Shown here: positions 34,725-44,351 of the stretch, one piece after another | How the letters are laid out: the number at the start of each line of letters is the position of its first letter | Numbering within the stretch: position 1 is the first letter of the stretch | Virus record (IMG/VR): IMGVR_UViG_3300044711_000066 | Coordinates: 1 to 50,037 of that record | From: a virus | Taxonomy: Duplodnaviria; Caudoviricetes | DNA length: 50,037 nucleotides | Direction: 5' to 3' (one strand) | Made by a program: the position numbers and the translations under genes | The notes under the pieces: model-generated | Seen by the model: the letters and a program-made list of their open reading frames with translations, nothing else | Told to the model about the DNA's origin: nothing | Databases searched by the model: none

Positions 34725-36464
34725 ATGGCCAACCAGGACCCCTCTCTGTCAGTAATCCTCTACAGCGATCAAGCTTTCGAAAACTGGGATTGGGAGAACC
34801 CTGACGGACCGGGCATCGGCGGCTCCGAGACGTCGCACATCGAGCTCTGCTGGCGTCTCGCGCGCCGGGGGCACACGGTCACCAGCTACGCCCCGGTCGG
34901 CTGGAAGGGCGTCCGCGAGTGGCGCGGGACCAAATGGCAGGACGTCAAGGACGCCGACTTCACCCTACCGGGAACCTGGATTCTCTACCGCAACCCGGCC
35001 ATCCTCGACAAGTTCCCTAACCCCCATCCCGGCCAGCGGCTCTGCCTGATCATGCAGGACGTGGATTACGGCTCGGCCTGGACTTCGGACCGCATGGCCA
35101 AGCTCGATGAAGTCTGGCCGCTCTGCCAGACCCACGCGGACTACGTGGCTGGTGCGCACCCTCCGCTCAAGAATAAGATCTGGATCACCTCCAACGGCAT
35201 CCGTATGGACATGATCCGGGAAGTGAGCCAGGAGCCTCCGTACCGCAATCCTCGCAAGCTGGTGTACGCGTCCTCACCGGACCGGGGGCTGGAGGCCCTG
35301 CTCACGATCTTCACGCGGGCCCGAGAGTGGGTATCGGACCTCGAACTTCATGTGTTCTACGGGTTCGACAATATGGACAAGTTGATCGCCGCTCACCCGA
35401 ATGTCCCGTACTACAACTACCTGAAGGACCGGATCAGCGGGAAGTTCAAGCAGCCCGGAGTATTCTGGAGAGGGCGTATCGGGCAGCGGGCACTTGTCCG
35501 GGAGTGGCTCAGCGCGGGCATGTGGGTCTATCCTTCTACGTTTACCGAGACTTCGTGCATCACGAGCATGGATAGCCAGGCTTGCGGGGCGATCCCGATC
35601 ACCAATCCAATCTGGGCCGTAGGAGAGAACGTCACCCACGGTGTCTTCATCGAAGGCGACCCGCTGCACGACTCCATGGTGCGGTCCCGTTATGTCGCGG
35701 AGATTTACAAGCTCGCGGCCAACCCGGCTATGCAGGAGTCGATCCGGATCCCAATGATGCTCGATGCCAAGGTCCGGTTTAATTGGGAGCGAGTCGTCGA
35801 TCAGGTGGAGATGCACCTGCTCGGCCTACTAGAAGGCAGCGCGGTGTCCACCCACTATCCGTTCCAGGTCAAGCACGCGACCGGAAAGATCCTGAATATC
35901 GGCTGCGACGAGGACCCGTGCAAGTTCGGGGAGAGGGGAGCGGTCAACGTAGACATCACCGATACTAACCCGGTCATGGGATACAAGACGGCCGCGCATG
36001 CTATCCACGACGTACGGCTGCCCATGCCCTATCACCGCGAGTTCGACTCGGTGATCCTGGGGGACGTCATCGAGCATATTGAGCTGGAAGAGATTCCTGC
36101 GGCCATCCACAACGCCGCTCTAGCCGTGAAGCCGGGCGGGAAACTGATCGTGGGATTCCCTGACGACCACCGGACCGTGGCCGAGCAGTCCATGTGGAAC
36201 GGAGCCAACGGCACCGAGCTGTACGCCACCAACTCGCACGCCCTACACCTTCACCGGATGGACTTGGAGCACGTCGAGAATATCATTGCGGCCGAGGGCC
36301 TGGAGATCGAGCAGATCCAGGTCGTAGACTATGGCCTCTATACCGGATGGGGGATCCTGGCTCGGGTGCCGGAGGAGATATCTGCCCAGAAAGAATTGTC
36401 TGTACCAATGCCAAGCGCAAATGGACTCCAGGAAGCAGTGGAGAGAATGTTCGAGCAATTATGA
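34725..36464 (+). CDS. GT-B glycosyltransferase fused to SAM methyltransferase
   Basis: GIGGSE, YASSPDRGL, YPSTFTETSCITSMDSQACG; ILNIGC, DVIEH, VKPGGKL. Confidence 0.88.
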   Translation: MANQDPSLSVILYSDQAFENWDWENPDGPGIGGSETSHIELCWRLARRGHTVTSYAPVGWKGVREWRGTKWQDVKDADFTLPGTWILYRNPAILDKFPNPHPGQRLCLIMQDVDYGSAWTSDRMAKLDEVWPLCQTHADYVAGAHPPLKNKIWITSNGIRMDMIREVSQEPPYRNPRKLVYASSPDRGLEALLTIFTRAREWVSDLELHVFYGFDNMDKLIAAHPNVPYYNYLKDRISGKFKQPGVFWRGRIGQRALVREWLSAGMWVYPSTFTETSCITSMDSQACGAIPITNPIWAVGENVTHGVFIEGDPLHDSMVRSRYVAEIYKLAANPAMQESIRIPMMLDAKVRFNWERVVDQVEMHLLGLLEGSAVSTHYPFQVKHATGKILNIGCDEDPCKFGERGAVNVDITDTNPVMGYKTAAHAIHDVRLPMPYHREFDSVILGDVIEHIELEEIPAAIHNAALAVKPGGKLIVGFPDDHRTVAEQSMWNGANGTELYATNSHALHLHRMDLEHVENIIAAEGLEIEQIQVVDYGLYTGWGILARVPEEISAQKELSVPMPSANGLQEAVERMFEQL

Positions 36465-38713
36465 ATTTTCACCTGTACAGCCCTCTGTCTCTTACCCCTT
36501 GGAATCCGGAGGACACCGAGACCGGTATCGGAGGGATTGAGACCAGCGTAGCCGAGATGGCATGGCGCCTCCAGCGGGCCGGGCATGACGTTACGGTCTA
36601 CGCTCCCACCGGCCGCCCCAAGGCCGTATGGCGCGGCACCACATGGATCCCAATCGACCAGGCAGACTTCAGCCTTCCGGGTATCTGGTGCCTCTACCGC
36701 TGTCCGGGGACCGTCAAGAAGTTCGACCGCTCCCGCCAGGACCAAAAGATCTGGTTCATGGTGCAGGACTGGGACTATGGCTGGTCGGCGCTCGATAGCT
36801 ACGATCGGGCCATGGTGCTGTGCGAGACCCATAAGAAGTGGCTGATCGAACGGCATCCCGAACTGGAGCCAAAGATCACCGTCACTTCGAACGGGGTCAA
36901 GGTGGACCTGATTGACGAGCTTTGCGACCCGGACCAGCAACGGAGATGCACCCCCTGCCCGCCTCGTCGCAATCCCAAGAAGATAATCTTTGCCTCCTCC
37001 CCGGACCGCGGGCTGATGAACCTGCTGCACATCGTTGCGTATGCCCAGAAGCAAGTCCCCGATCTGGAGCTCCACGTCTTCTACGGGTTCAACGGCATCG
37101 AGTCCTTCACGGACAACCCGGCGGCCCACTCGGCCATGCTCCAGCTCAAGTGGGACATTATCGAGTACGCGAGCCGGATCCCCAACGTGAAGCTTCGCGG
37201 GAGGGTCACACAGACTGAGCTCTACCGGGAATGGCTCTCGGCCGGGATCTTCTGCTACCCTTCGACTTTCGCCGAGCTTAGCTTCATCGCCGGTCAAGAG
37301 GCGCAGTGTATGGGCGCGATCCCCGTAGTGACTCCAGTGTGGGCCCAGGGCGAGAACGTCCGGCACGGCTATCACGTTCCCGGAAACCCGGATACCCAGG
37401 ACGTGAAACGCCTGTTCGCCTCGCAGATCATTGGCCTCGCCAAGGATCCGGAGCTGCAAGATCGCATCCGGGCCGAGATGATGCCGGAGTCCCGCGAGCG
37501 CTGTAACTGGGATCGGTACGTGGATCAGTGGATCCGGTTGGCCGAGGAAGATATGCAGTACCGGGAAGTCCGGAAGTGCTTAGGCTGCGGAGGCAAGCAC
37601 CTGGAGACCGTGCTCGACCTCGGAGAGCAAGCCCTCGCGGGGGCATTCCCGAAGCCGGGAGAAACCGTTATGGCCGCCCCACTCAAGCTCCAGCGGTGCA
37701 TGTCGTGCGATCTAGGGCAGTTGTCCCATGCCGTAGACCGCAAGCTTCTGTTCGGCGGCGAGTACGGCTATCGGTCCGGCATCAACGAGGCCATGCGTCG
37801 GCACCTAGAAGGATTGGCTAGTTCAACATTGCACAATCCCGGAGACCTAATACTCGACATCGGAGCCAACGACGGGACATTACTTGATGCCTTCCCGGAT
37901 CACGTCACCAAGGTAGGATTTGAACCTTCCGATCTCTGCCTTCCGCAGTATCACAAGGAGTTCTTTAGCGCCGAGGCATTCAAGAGACTGTACCCCGGAC
38001 GACAAGCGAACGTTGTCTTCACGCTGGCCATGTTCTACGACCTGGAGGACCCGCTATCCTTCGCCCGAGAGGTTTACGAAGTCCTCGCCGAGGATGGGAC
38101 TTGGGTGATCGAACTCCAAGATTTCGCCGCGACCCTAGACATTGGCGCATACGATACCGTGCTTCACGAACACCTCACCTACTGGGACATGCAGCAGCTC
38201 AATGATCTGCTGAGCCAAGCGGGATTTAAGGTAGATCATGCCATGCAGACCAGCACGAACGGTTACAGCCTGTTAATTCATGCTAAGAAAGGCTGGCGCG
38301 TGGCTAGGCAGGCATCTGTCTGTAAGGACTGGAGAGCGTTTCGCATTCGAGCCGAGGGGGCAAGGGATAATCTTCGCACGCAGATCCAAAGCCTAAAGGG
38401 CCGCGTCATTATGGGGTATGGTTCGTCCACCAAGGGCAACGTCCTGCTCCAATACTGCGGATTTTCCGACGAAGACATCATAGCCATAGCGGACCGCAAT
38501 CCGGACAAGTGGGGCCGCGTGACACCAGGGACCGGCATCCCCATCATCTCCGAAATGGAGATGCGCGCGATCAGCCCGGACTATTTACTGGCTCTGCCCT
38601 GGGCCTTCATCGACGGATTCCGCAAGCGGGAGCCGTGGGCTAGGTTCATCACCCCGTTCCCTGAGCCAAAGATTTGGGAGCCTCTAGCCGAGGAGGTCAG
38701 CGTTGATAAGTAA
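36461..38713 (+). CDS. GT-B glycosyltransferase fused to NDP-sugar C-methyltransferase
   Basis: Paralogous GT domain; CLGCG..VLDLG, DIGANDG, HEHLTY, YGSSTKGN, LALPWAF. Confidence 0.88.
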   Translation: MNFHLYSPLSLTPWNPEDTETGIGGIETSVAEMAWRLQRAGHDVTVYAPTGRPKAVWRGTTWIPIDQADFSLPGIWCLYRCPGTVKKFDRSRQDQKIWFMVQDWDYGWSALDSYDRAMVLCETHKKWLIERHPELEPKITVTSNGVKVDLIDELCDPDQQRRCTPCPPRRNPKKIIFASSPDRGLMNLLHIVAYAQKQVPDLELHVFYGFNGIESFTDNPAAHSAMLQLKWDIIEYASRIPNVKLRGRVTQTELYREWLSAGIFCYPSTFAELSFIAGQEAQCMGAIPVVTPVWAQGENVRHGYHVPGNPDTQDVKRLFASQIIGLAKDPELQDRIRAEMMPESRERCNWDRYVDQWIRLAEEDMQYREVRKCLGCGGKHLETVLDLGEQALAGAFPKPGETVMAAPLKLQRCMSCDLGQLSHAVDRKLLFGGEYGYRSGINEAMRRHLEGLASSTLHNPGDLILDIGANDGTLLDAFPDHVTKVGFEPSDLCLPQYHKEFFSAEAFKRLYPGRQANVVFTLAMFYDLEDPLSFAREVYEVLAEDGTWVIELQDFAATLDIGAYDTVLHEHLTYWDMQQLNDLLSQAGFKVDHAMQTSTNGYSLLIHAKKGWRVARQASVCKDWRAFRIRAEGARDNLRTQIQSLKGRVIMGYGSSTKGNVLLQYCGFSDEDIIAIADRNPDKWGRVTPGTGIPIISEMEMRAISPDYLLALPWAFIDGFRKREPWARFITPFPEPKIWEPLAEEVSVDK

Positions 38714-38915
38714 AAATCTTGTCAAATGTTCCGAGTGCGGGAGAGTGGTAAACGGGAGAGTCCCCAAAGGCGGAGATGGTTCTGGATTAGTCCCTTTTCA
38801 GCACCGGGACAATAGGAATGGTCGTCGAGTGGGGAGTGGATACATCTCCTGCATTGGATACAAGCTCATCGGAGAGCCGGTAGTTCTTAGAGAAAAAAAT
38901 GCTGATTCACAATAA
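38703..38915 (+). CDS. small Cys/His protein
   Basis: CSECG...H...C; GAGGAGG RBS, TTG start. Confidence 0.5.
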   Translation: MISKNLVKCSECGRVVNGRVPKGGDGSGLVPFQHRDNRNGRRVGSGYISCIGYKLIGEPVVLREKNADSQ

Positions 38916-39591
38916 GCCACTAGGAACATGTGCCTACCTCGGCGGGATCGTAGCCACCCCCGAGCAGTTCTGTTGGGACTGGGGCCAGATGCGGCAGTAC
39001 AACGCCGAGTATATGTGCCAGCCAGGAACCTACGTTCACTACGATCGTGCCACGGTCTCCTATCACAGCCAAGCGAGAAACTTCCTCGTTCAGCGCTTCC
39101 TCGGAGATTGGCTGATGATGCTCGACGCGGACCACGGCTTCGAACCGGATATCGTGGCCCGCATGGTCTCGGTCATGTATCAGTACGACGTCCAGGTTCT
39201 CTCGGCCCTGTACTACATGAAGGTCCACCCTCACTTGCCGACCATCTACCAGTGGGCTGACGCCGCTGGCGGGTTCCTTCCTATTGGCAAGTGGACCGAC
39301 ACCGGAGCCATTTTCAAGATCGACTGCGCGGGCGCCGGAGCACTGCTGGTCCGGAGGTCCGTGTTTGACCGGATCACCAAGGAAATGGGGCAGTCTCCGT
39401 TCCACCCGATCTCGCCGTGGGGAGAGGACTTCAGCTTCTTCCGCCGGCTGATGCTCCTCGGGATTCCGGCCTACGCCTGCCCGGCGATTGAGTGCCAGCA
39501 TCTCATGACCAAGGGAATCACGAGCGCGGACTACGACCCTCGCGGCCTGCCGTTCGTGGACAAGAATACCGGGGAGACGGTAAAGGCATAG
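38899..39591 (+). CDS. GT-A (GT2-like) glycosyltransferase
   Basis: ARN, WLMMLDAD (DxD), GAGALLVRRSVF, GEDFSF. Confidence 0.85.
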   Translation: MLIHNKPLGTCAYLGGIVATPEQFCWDWGQMRQYNAEYMCQPGTYVHYDRATVSYHSQARNFLVQRFLGDWLMMLDADHGFEPDIVARMVSVMYQYDVQVLSALYYMKVHPHLPTIYQWADAAGGFLPIGKWTDTGAIFKIDCAGAGALLVRRSVFDRITKEMGQSPFHPISPWGEDFSFFRRLMLLGIPAYACPAIECQHLMTKGITSADYDPRGLPFVDKNTGETVKA

Positions 39592-39592
39592 T

Positions 39593-39850
39593 ATGGTTGA
39601 GTGCTGCGGACATCCCATGCTGCCACGGGCAACGTCCATGGTATTCGACTGCCTCGCTTGTGGCCGGTCCTTGAGCTACGAGCGGGCCGTCGATGGATAC
39701 CGTCTTGCAATCGACCCGCCGAAATCGGACGTTATTCACCTTCTCGATCCGGAGTTTAGCTTTCGTTACTTTGACGGGGACCGATGGCGGTACGGAAGAG
39801 AAAAGTTCTGGAACTACGAGACGTGGCTGCACCCACTGGAGATTTCATGA
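39593..39850 (+). CDS. hypothetical protein
   Basis: CCGH...CLACG; coupled. Confidence 0.55.
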   Translation: MVECCGHPMLPRATSMVFDCLACGRSLSYERAVDGYRLAIDPPKSDVIHLLDPEFSFRYFDGDRWRYGREKFWNYETWLHPLEIS

Positions 39851-40020
39851 CCAAAGCCGAACTGATCGCCGCTCTCGCTCCGTTTCCGGACGACATGCCG
39901 GTCCGGTACGAATACGACGGTGGGTATGACTATTACTCCGTGGAAAAGGTTTGCCTACACACTGAGGAAACCCGGCCTGAATATGGGACCTTTATTTGTC
40001 TGGACCTGAGTGATCAATGA
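39847..40020 (+). CDS. hypothetical small phage protein
   Basis: MTKAELIAALAPFPDDMPV; GGAG RBS. Confidence 0.7.
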   Translation: MTKAELIAALAPFPDDMPVRYEYDGGYDYYSVEKVCLHTEETRPEYGTFICLDLSDQ

Positions 40021-40146
40021 ACCCATGGGTTTTCTTCATCCTCGGAGGAATTTTTGGAGCCGAGATCTGCATCCTGATCTACGAGATCGGCCGCAAGTCC
40101 CCGCCGTCCTGACCGTCAACGTGTTCAATATTGAACACTTTCTCTC

Positions 40147-40175
40147 TTTACTAAAAACACGGTTCGTTGTAAAGT
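40147..40175 (+). promoter_or_regulatory. sigma70-like promoter (leaderless)
   Basis: TTTACT-N17-TAAAGT-N6-ATG; palindromic box just upstream. Confidence 0.5.
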
Positions 40176-40181
40176 TTGGAT

Positions 40182-40364
40182 ATGGCAGTGCTGGAGCACA
40201 ACGAGCCGCTGAACCCCGGAACCGAGACTAAGTACGGGACCGTTAAGGCCGTTCTCTGCCTCGGAGGAGAGCGGTATTACGCCGTGATTGAAGACTGCGG
40301 GAACGTGGCCCTCATCCCGGCCGGAGTGGTAGAGCCGCCAATCGTGCGCGTGGATAACTGGTAG
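40182..40364 (+). CDS. hypothetical protein
   Basis: MAVLEHNEPL. Confidence 0.55.
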   Translation: MAVLEHNEPLNPGTETKYGTVKAVLCLGGERYYAVIEDCGNVALIPAGVVEPPIVRVDNW

Positions 40365-40472
40365 AATGTCCGCAGCGTTATGATTCGGGTTTGCCTTACG
40401 ACACTCGTCCTCTGGTCGGCAATCTTCTTTGTGCTCGGGCTGTCAGTCGCCCACTGCGGGGTCCGGTAGCCC

Positions 40473-41627
40473 ATGCCGCTATACTCCTTCGACCTGAACC
40501 GCATGCGCGGCAGCGTCAAGCAGGTAAAGCCCAACGCCTCCAAAGAAGCAATCGACGATTCGATCAATAAGCGCATAGCCAAGCTCTACGACCGGCACTT
40601 CTGGTCCGACTCTCTGCGGATCGGGACCATCCCGATCAACCAAGCCTACTCGACTGGAACCGTTAATATGGCCCAGGCGTCCGATCTGGTCACCGGGACC
40701 AACACGGCCTGGCCGATCAATGATCGGGTGAACACTACTCTCTCCGCGGCGATCGTCGAGCGTGGCGTCCAGGACGTTGCTCCGGGCAGCATGGAGAATA
40801 TAAACCCCGGAACCTACCTGCTCATCGATCAGGAGGGAGGGCCGCCGCTGACCGAGGTCGTAGTCGTGCTTCGCACGACGGCCACTACCTTCCAGGCTAG
40901 GTTTGCGAGCTTCCACAACATCAACGCAACGATCCAGTCTTCGAGCTTGGCGGGGCGCCAGTTCAAGGCTCAGTTCCCCGTGTACACTGTCAAGGCCGTG
41001 CTGAGCGCTGCCCTACTCCAACTCGACAATCTCTGGGGAGGTCAGCCGACGACCGGCCTGCTCTACAACATCTACGACGGCTATGTGTCGGTGACGCCGA
41101 ATACCCGCCGGCTGATGTTCGGCTACGACCCGGTGGCTCCAAACATACTGGACATTTGGTCCTCCCAAGAAGACCTGTCGGTGCTCGACCCGCAACGTAC
41201 GGCTTCCGACAATCCTCTCAAGCTCGTGCAGATGGCTCCTAGCAAGGCCGGCATCGCGCAGTGGGAAATATGGCCGATCCAGCTATCCGACTACATGCTC
41301 TCGGTGGTCACAATAGAGCAGTGGCCAGAGATGCTGGAGGACGCCGACGTTCCTCCGTGGTTCATCAACTCAAATGTCATCACGGCCGGGGCCCGCGCGG
41401 ACGTGCTCCGAATAAAGAACATCAGCCGGGACAATGGCCGGGATCCGTACCACGACCCAGCGCTGGCGAAGGTCTACGAAGATGAGTTCGAGCAGGGGTA
41501 CGAAGAGGCCGTTCAAACCGATCAGGGAAGGGCCGCCACGTTCCTGTCTAGCTATATCAAGAGCACGGTAGGAGAAGCTTCGTACAACTACTGGCGGGAC
41601 CACATTCCCTGGGTCAGTGACTTCTAA
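40473..41627 (+). CDS. head-tail adaptor-like virion protein
   Basis: Helical termini with beta insert; WEIWP and DADVPPW motifs; position. Confidence 0.6.
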   Translation: MPLYSFDLNRMRGSVKQVKPNASKEAIDDSINKRIAKLYDRHFWSDSLRIGTIPINQAYSTGTVNMAQASDLVTGTNTAWPINDRVNTTLSAAIVERGVQDVAPGSMENINPGTYLLIDQEGGPPLTEVVVVLRTTATTFQARFASFHNINATIQSSSLAGRQFKAQFPVYTVKAVLSAALLQLDNLWGGQPTTGLLYNIYDGYVSVTPNTRRLMFGYDPVAPNILDIWSSQEDLSVLDPQRTASDNPLKLVQMAPSKAGIAQWEIWPIQLSDYMLSVVTIEQWPEMLEDADVPPWFINSNVITAGARADVLRIKNISRDNGRDPYHDPALAKVYEDEFEQGYEEAVQTDQGRAATFLSSYIKSTVGEASYNYWRDHIPWVSDF

Positions 41628-41676
41628 GGTGATCAGATCATTTTGGTGCCGAGTGATAGAATGGTTCCGGTGCAAA

Positions 41677-42357
41677 ATGGCTGACGGACATGGGAATGAC
41701 GACAAGCGAATCATAGTAGACTTCCCGGCCATCAGCTTCTGGCTCAAAGAATTAACTGAGATGTATGCTCGGAGATTCGACCACCTTGAGCAGGAGCTGG
41801 CCAAGGCCAACGAAAAGCTAGATCAGATTTTGAAACGCTTAACACCGTCCAAGCCGGACGGGTTTGTGGTTACAGTTAGAACAAAGGAGAAGGACACAAT
41901 GGCAGCAAAAAAGCTTGATATTCTGGGTGCCGATAAAGGAAAGCGCGGCACTGCCGGAGTAGACGTTCAAATTCTTCCGAACGGGACGGCGCTGTTCACG
42001 GCTAAACCGGTGGTCACCGATCCCGCAACTGGACAGCCCGCAGTGGATGCGAATGGTAACTATATCGACCCGGCAACTGGCGGGCCCGTGGTCATGCCCG
42101 CCGGCACGCCGCCCCTGACCTGGCTGGCCAGCGATCCCGATTTAACCATGTCGGCCGATCCGAACGACACGAGCGGGTTTGCCCTGACGCAGATCGGAAC
42201 CGCCGGGACCTCCACGGTCGCCGATATCGTCGTAACTTGCGAGACCACGCTTCCGGGAGCTGCCTCCCCCATTAGCGGCCAGGCTCCTCCTGTGGACATC
42301 GGTCCTGCTCCGGTTACTCCGTCGAATCCTACCGGGTTCGCCGTTTCCATTTCGTAA
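41677..42357 (+). CDS. coiled-coil plus Ig-like protein, internal start at 41899
   Basis: In-frame AAAGGAG-led MAAKK; LTWLASDP Ig-like motif. Confidence 0.6.
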   Translation: MADGHGNDDKRIIVDFPAISFWLKELTEMYARRFDHLEQELAKANEKLDQILKRLTPSKPDGFVVTVRTKEKDTMAAKKLDILGADKGKRGTAGVDVQILPNGTALFTAKPVVTDPATGQPAVDANGNYIDPATGGPVVMPAGTPPLTWLASDPDLTMSADPNDTSGFALTQIGTAGTSTVADIVVTCETTLPGAASPISGQAPPVDIGPAPVTPSNPTGFAVSIS

Positions 42358-42372
42358 CGTTGCTCATCAATT

Positions 42373-42404
42373 GGGAGGGCAGGGGAATCCTGCCCTTCTA
42401 TTTT
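42373..42404 (+). terminator. intrinsic terminator
   Basis: GGAGGGCAGG/CCTGCCCTTC stem then TATTTT. Confidence 0.6.
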
Positions 42405-42408
42405 CACT

Positions 42409-43176
42409 ATGCCAAACAAAGTATCCAGATTCGGATGGGTAAGACAGCTTCCAGACCAACGGGATTTGCCCCTCAGCCACACCGTCTCCGTGGCTCCAAT
42501 CCCGCCAATGGTCACACTCGTGGACAAAATGCCTCGGGTCCAGGACCAGTTGCAACTCGGGAGCTGCACCGCAAACGCCATCGCCGCCGCCATTGATTAC
42601 GAGCGCGGAAGGCAGGGTTTGCGGTTCATGTATCCATCCCGCCTGTTCATTTACTACAACGAGCGGGATATGGAGCAGACGATCGACAGCGATGCTGGCG
42701 CCGTGATCAGGGACGGCCTGAAGTCCGTAGCGGCTCAGGGAGTGTGCGTGGAGTCGTTCTGGCCCTACGTAGATGATGGCTTTAGGTTTGCCGTGAAGCC
42801 TAATCCTGTATGTTATTCCACAGCCCTCAGTCACCAGACGATAAAGTATCTCAGCCCCAATCCGGACCTGCTCAACCTGAAGACCGGACTAGCTGCAAAA
42901 TGGCCATTCGTCTTTGGCTTCTCGGTTTACGAATCCTTCATGTCAAACCAAGTGTCGAACACAGGGATGGTTCCCATGCCGGCCCGCAATGAGTCCCTGA
43001 TCGGTGGGCATGCCGTGCTGGCAGTTGGGTACGACGACTCAAAGAATGCCTTCCTGTTCCGTAATAGTTGGGGAACCGAATGGGGCCTTGGCGGATATGC
43101 ATGGATTCCGTATGCTTATGTCACCGACCCCAATTTGGCAGACGACTTCTGGAGCATTCGACTGGTCGAGCAGTAG
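42409..43176 (+). CDS. papain-family (C1A) cysteine protease
   Basis: QLQLGSCTANA, SRLFIYYNER, GGHAVLAVGY, RNSWG. Confidence 0.92.
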   Translation: MPNKVSRFGWVRQLPDQRDLPLSHTVSVAPIPPMVTLVDKMPRVQDQLQLGSCTANAIAAAIDYERGRQGLRFMYPSRLFIYYNERDMEQTIDSDAGAVIRDGLKSVAAQGVCVESFWPYVDDGFRFAVKPNPVCYSTALSHQTIKYLSPNPDLLNLKTGLAAKWPFVFGFSVYESFMSNQVSNTGMVPMPARNESLIGGHAVLAVGYDDSKNAFLFRNSWGTEWGLGGYAWIPYAYVTDPNLADDFWSIRLVEQ

Positions 43177-43215
43177 CCCCGCAGTCGGTGTACAATAGCA
43201 GCGAGGTATATCCGC

Positions 43216-43503
43216 ATGGTGAACCGCAAGCCCGGGCAGAATCCCAAATTTACGGAGTGCATGTCTCCCGACGATCCGCTGTTCGGCCGAGGGATCCAGG
43301 GAGTGGACCAGGCGGCCCACGAGGCATTGGACACCACCGTCGCACAGCGCAGGGCGAGGAACGTAGGGCAGCACATCTACAGCGCTTCTCCAATGATGGA
43401 TTGGGCACAGCACGAGCGTCAACACGAAGCCTTGCAGAACGCCAGTAGTAAGGGCAATAAGGGCGGGGCTACCGCTGTTCGCCGTAACATGATCGTTCCC
43501 TGA
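43216..43503 (+). CDS. hypothetical protein
   Basis: GAGGT RBS. Confidence 0.6.
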   Translation: MVNRKPGQNPKFTECMSPDDPLFGRGIQGVDQAAHEALDTTVAQRRARNVGQHIYSASPMMDWAQHERQHEALQNASSKGNKGGATAVRRNMIVP

Positions 43504-43516
43504 TGTAGAATAGGTC

Positions 43517-44158
43517 GTGCCCAGCTTCACGCTGAACGATCTCCAGCGTCTCGTTTACGATGAACTCGATGGCAACGCCTCGTTCTACCCGCCAACCCAG
43601 GTAACGATCGCGATCAACCAGATCCTCCGCCGGCTGAATCTTCTCACCGGGTTCAACCAGGCCATCATTTCAATCCCAGGATTCAGCGTAATCAACAAGT
43701 ATCTGTATGACGTCCCGGTCGGGATAGTCGTCCCGCTTGAGGTGTACTTTGAGGGACGGCCCCTTGCGCCGCTGTCCCTCAAGGCCCTCACGCGCCGCTA
43801 CAGAAACTGGATCAGCGACACCACGGTCAACTCCGGACCTGTACAACATTGGACAGCCATAGGGATCGGCAAGTTCCTCATTCACCCGGCCGACGCTCTG
43901 GGCGGCCAGGATATCGAAGTATCGGGGATCGCGCCCACTGTTCCGCTGGTCAATGCCGATGACACCGTGAGCTTGAACGATGAGTACGTAGAGATCCTCA
44001 AGGACTACACCATCCAGCGCGTGCAGTTCAAAGAAGGCCCGCAGGCCGTCGCCGCCGCGCAGGCCGTCTACCAGGAGATGGCCGAGAAGATTGGCGGCAT
44101 GGTCGCCTGGTCCGAGAGAATCTTCCCAGAGCAGTTCGTTCTTCGTCAGGAGAAATGA
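43517..44158 (+). CDS. head-tail adaptor-like protein
   Basis: 213 aa; paralogous to 44352..45071. Confidence 0.6.
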   Translation: MPSFTLNDLQRLVYDELDGNASFYPPTQVTIAINQILRRLNLLTGFNQAIISIPGFSVINKYLYDVPVGIVVPLEVYFEGRPLAPLSLKALTRRYRNWISDTTVNSGPVQHWTAIGIGKFLIHPADALGGQDIEVSGIAPTVPLVNADDTVSLNDEYVEILKDYTIQRVQFKEGPQAVAAAQAVYQEMAEKIGGMVAWSERIFPEQFVLRQEK

Positions 44159-44159
44159 G

Positions 44160-44348
44160 ATGATCGCAACGGTCCACGTAGAGGTCAAGGACAGTCATGA
44201 TCTCGGTCGGCTAACATTCGTTCTTTCCCGAGAAAAGTTCTCGTACATTGTGGGCAACGAGCACGAGATCATGACCCTAGAAGACGCTAAGAAAATACAA
44301 ACTTTCATGCACTACGACCCGGACGGTAAGCCTACCGTTTTCGGATAG
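44160..44348 (+). CDS. hypothetical protein
   Basis: AGGAG RBS; MIATVHVEV. Confidence 0.5.
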   Translation: MIATVHVEVKDSHDLGRLTFVLSREKFSYIVGNEHEIMTLEDAKKIQTFMHYDPDGKPTVFG

Positions 44349-44351
44349 CCC

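Noticed and set aside
36194-36460. N-terminal extension of the second glycosyltransferase
   Set aside because: Overlaps the first gene; ATGA coupling and paralogy point to 36461
32186-37459. Long minus-strand ORFs of 369 and 373 aa
   Set aside because: Shadows of capsid and glycosyltransferase genes; no motifs
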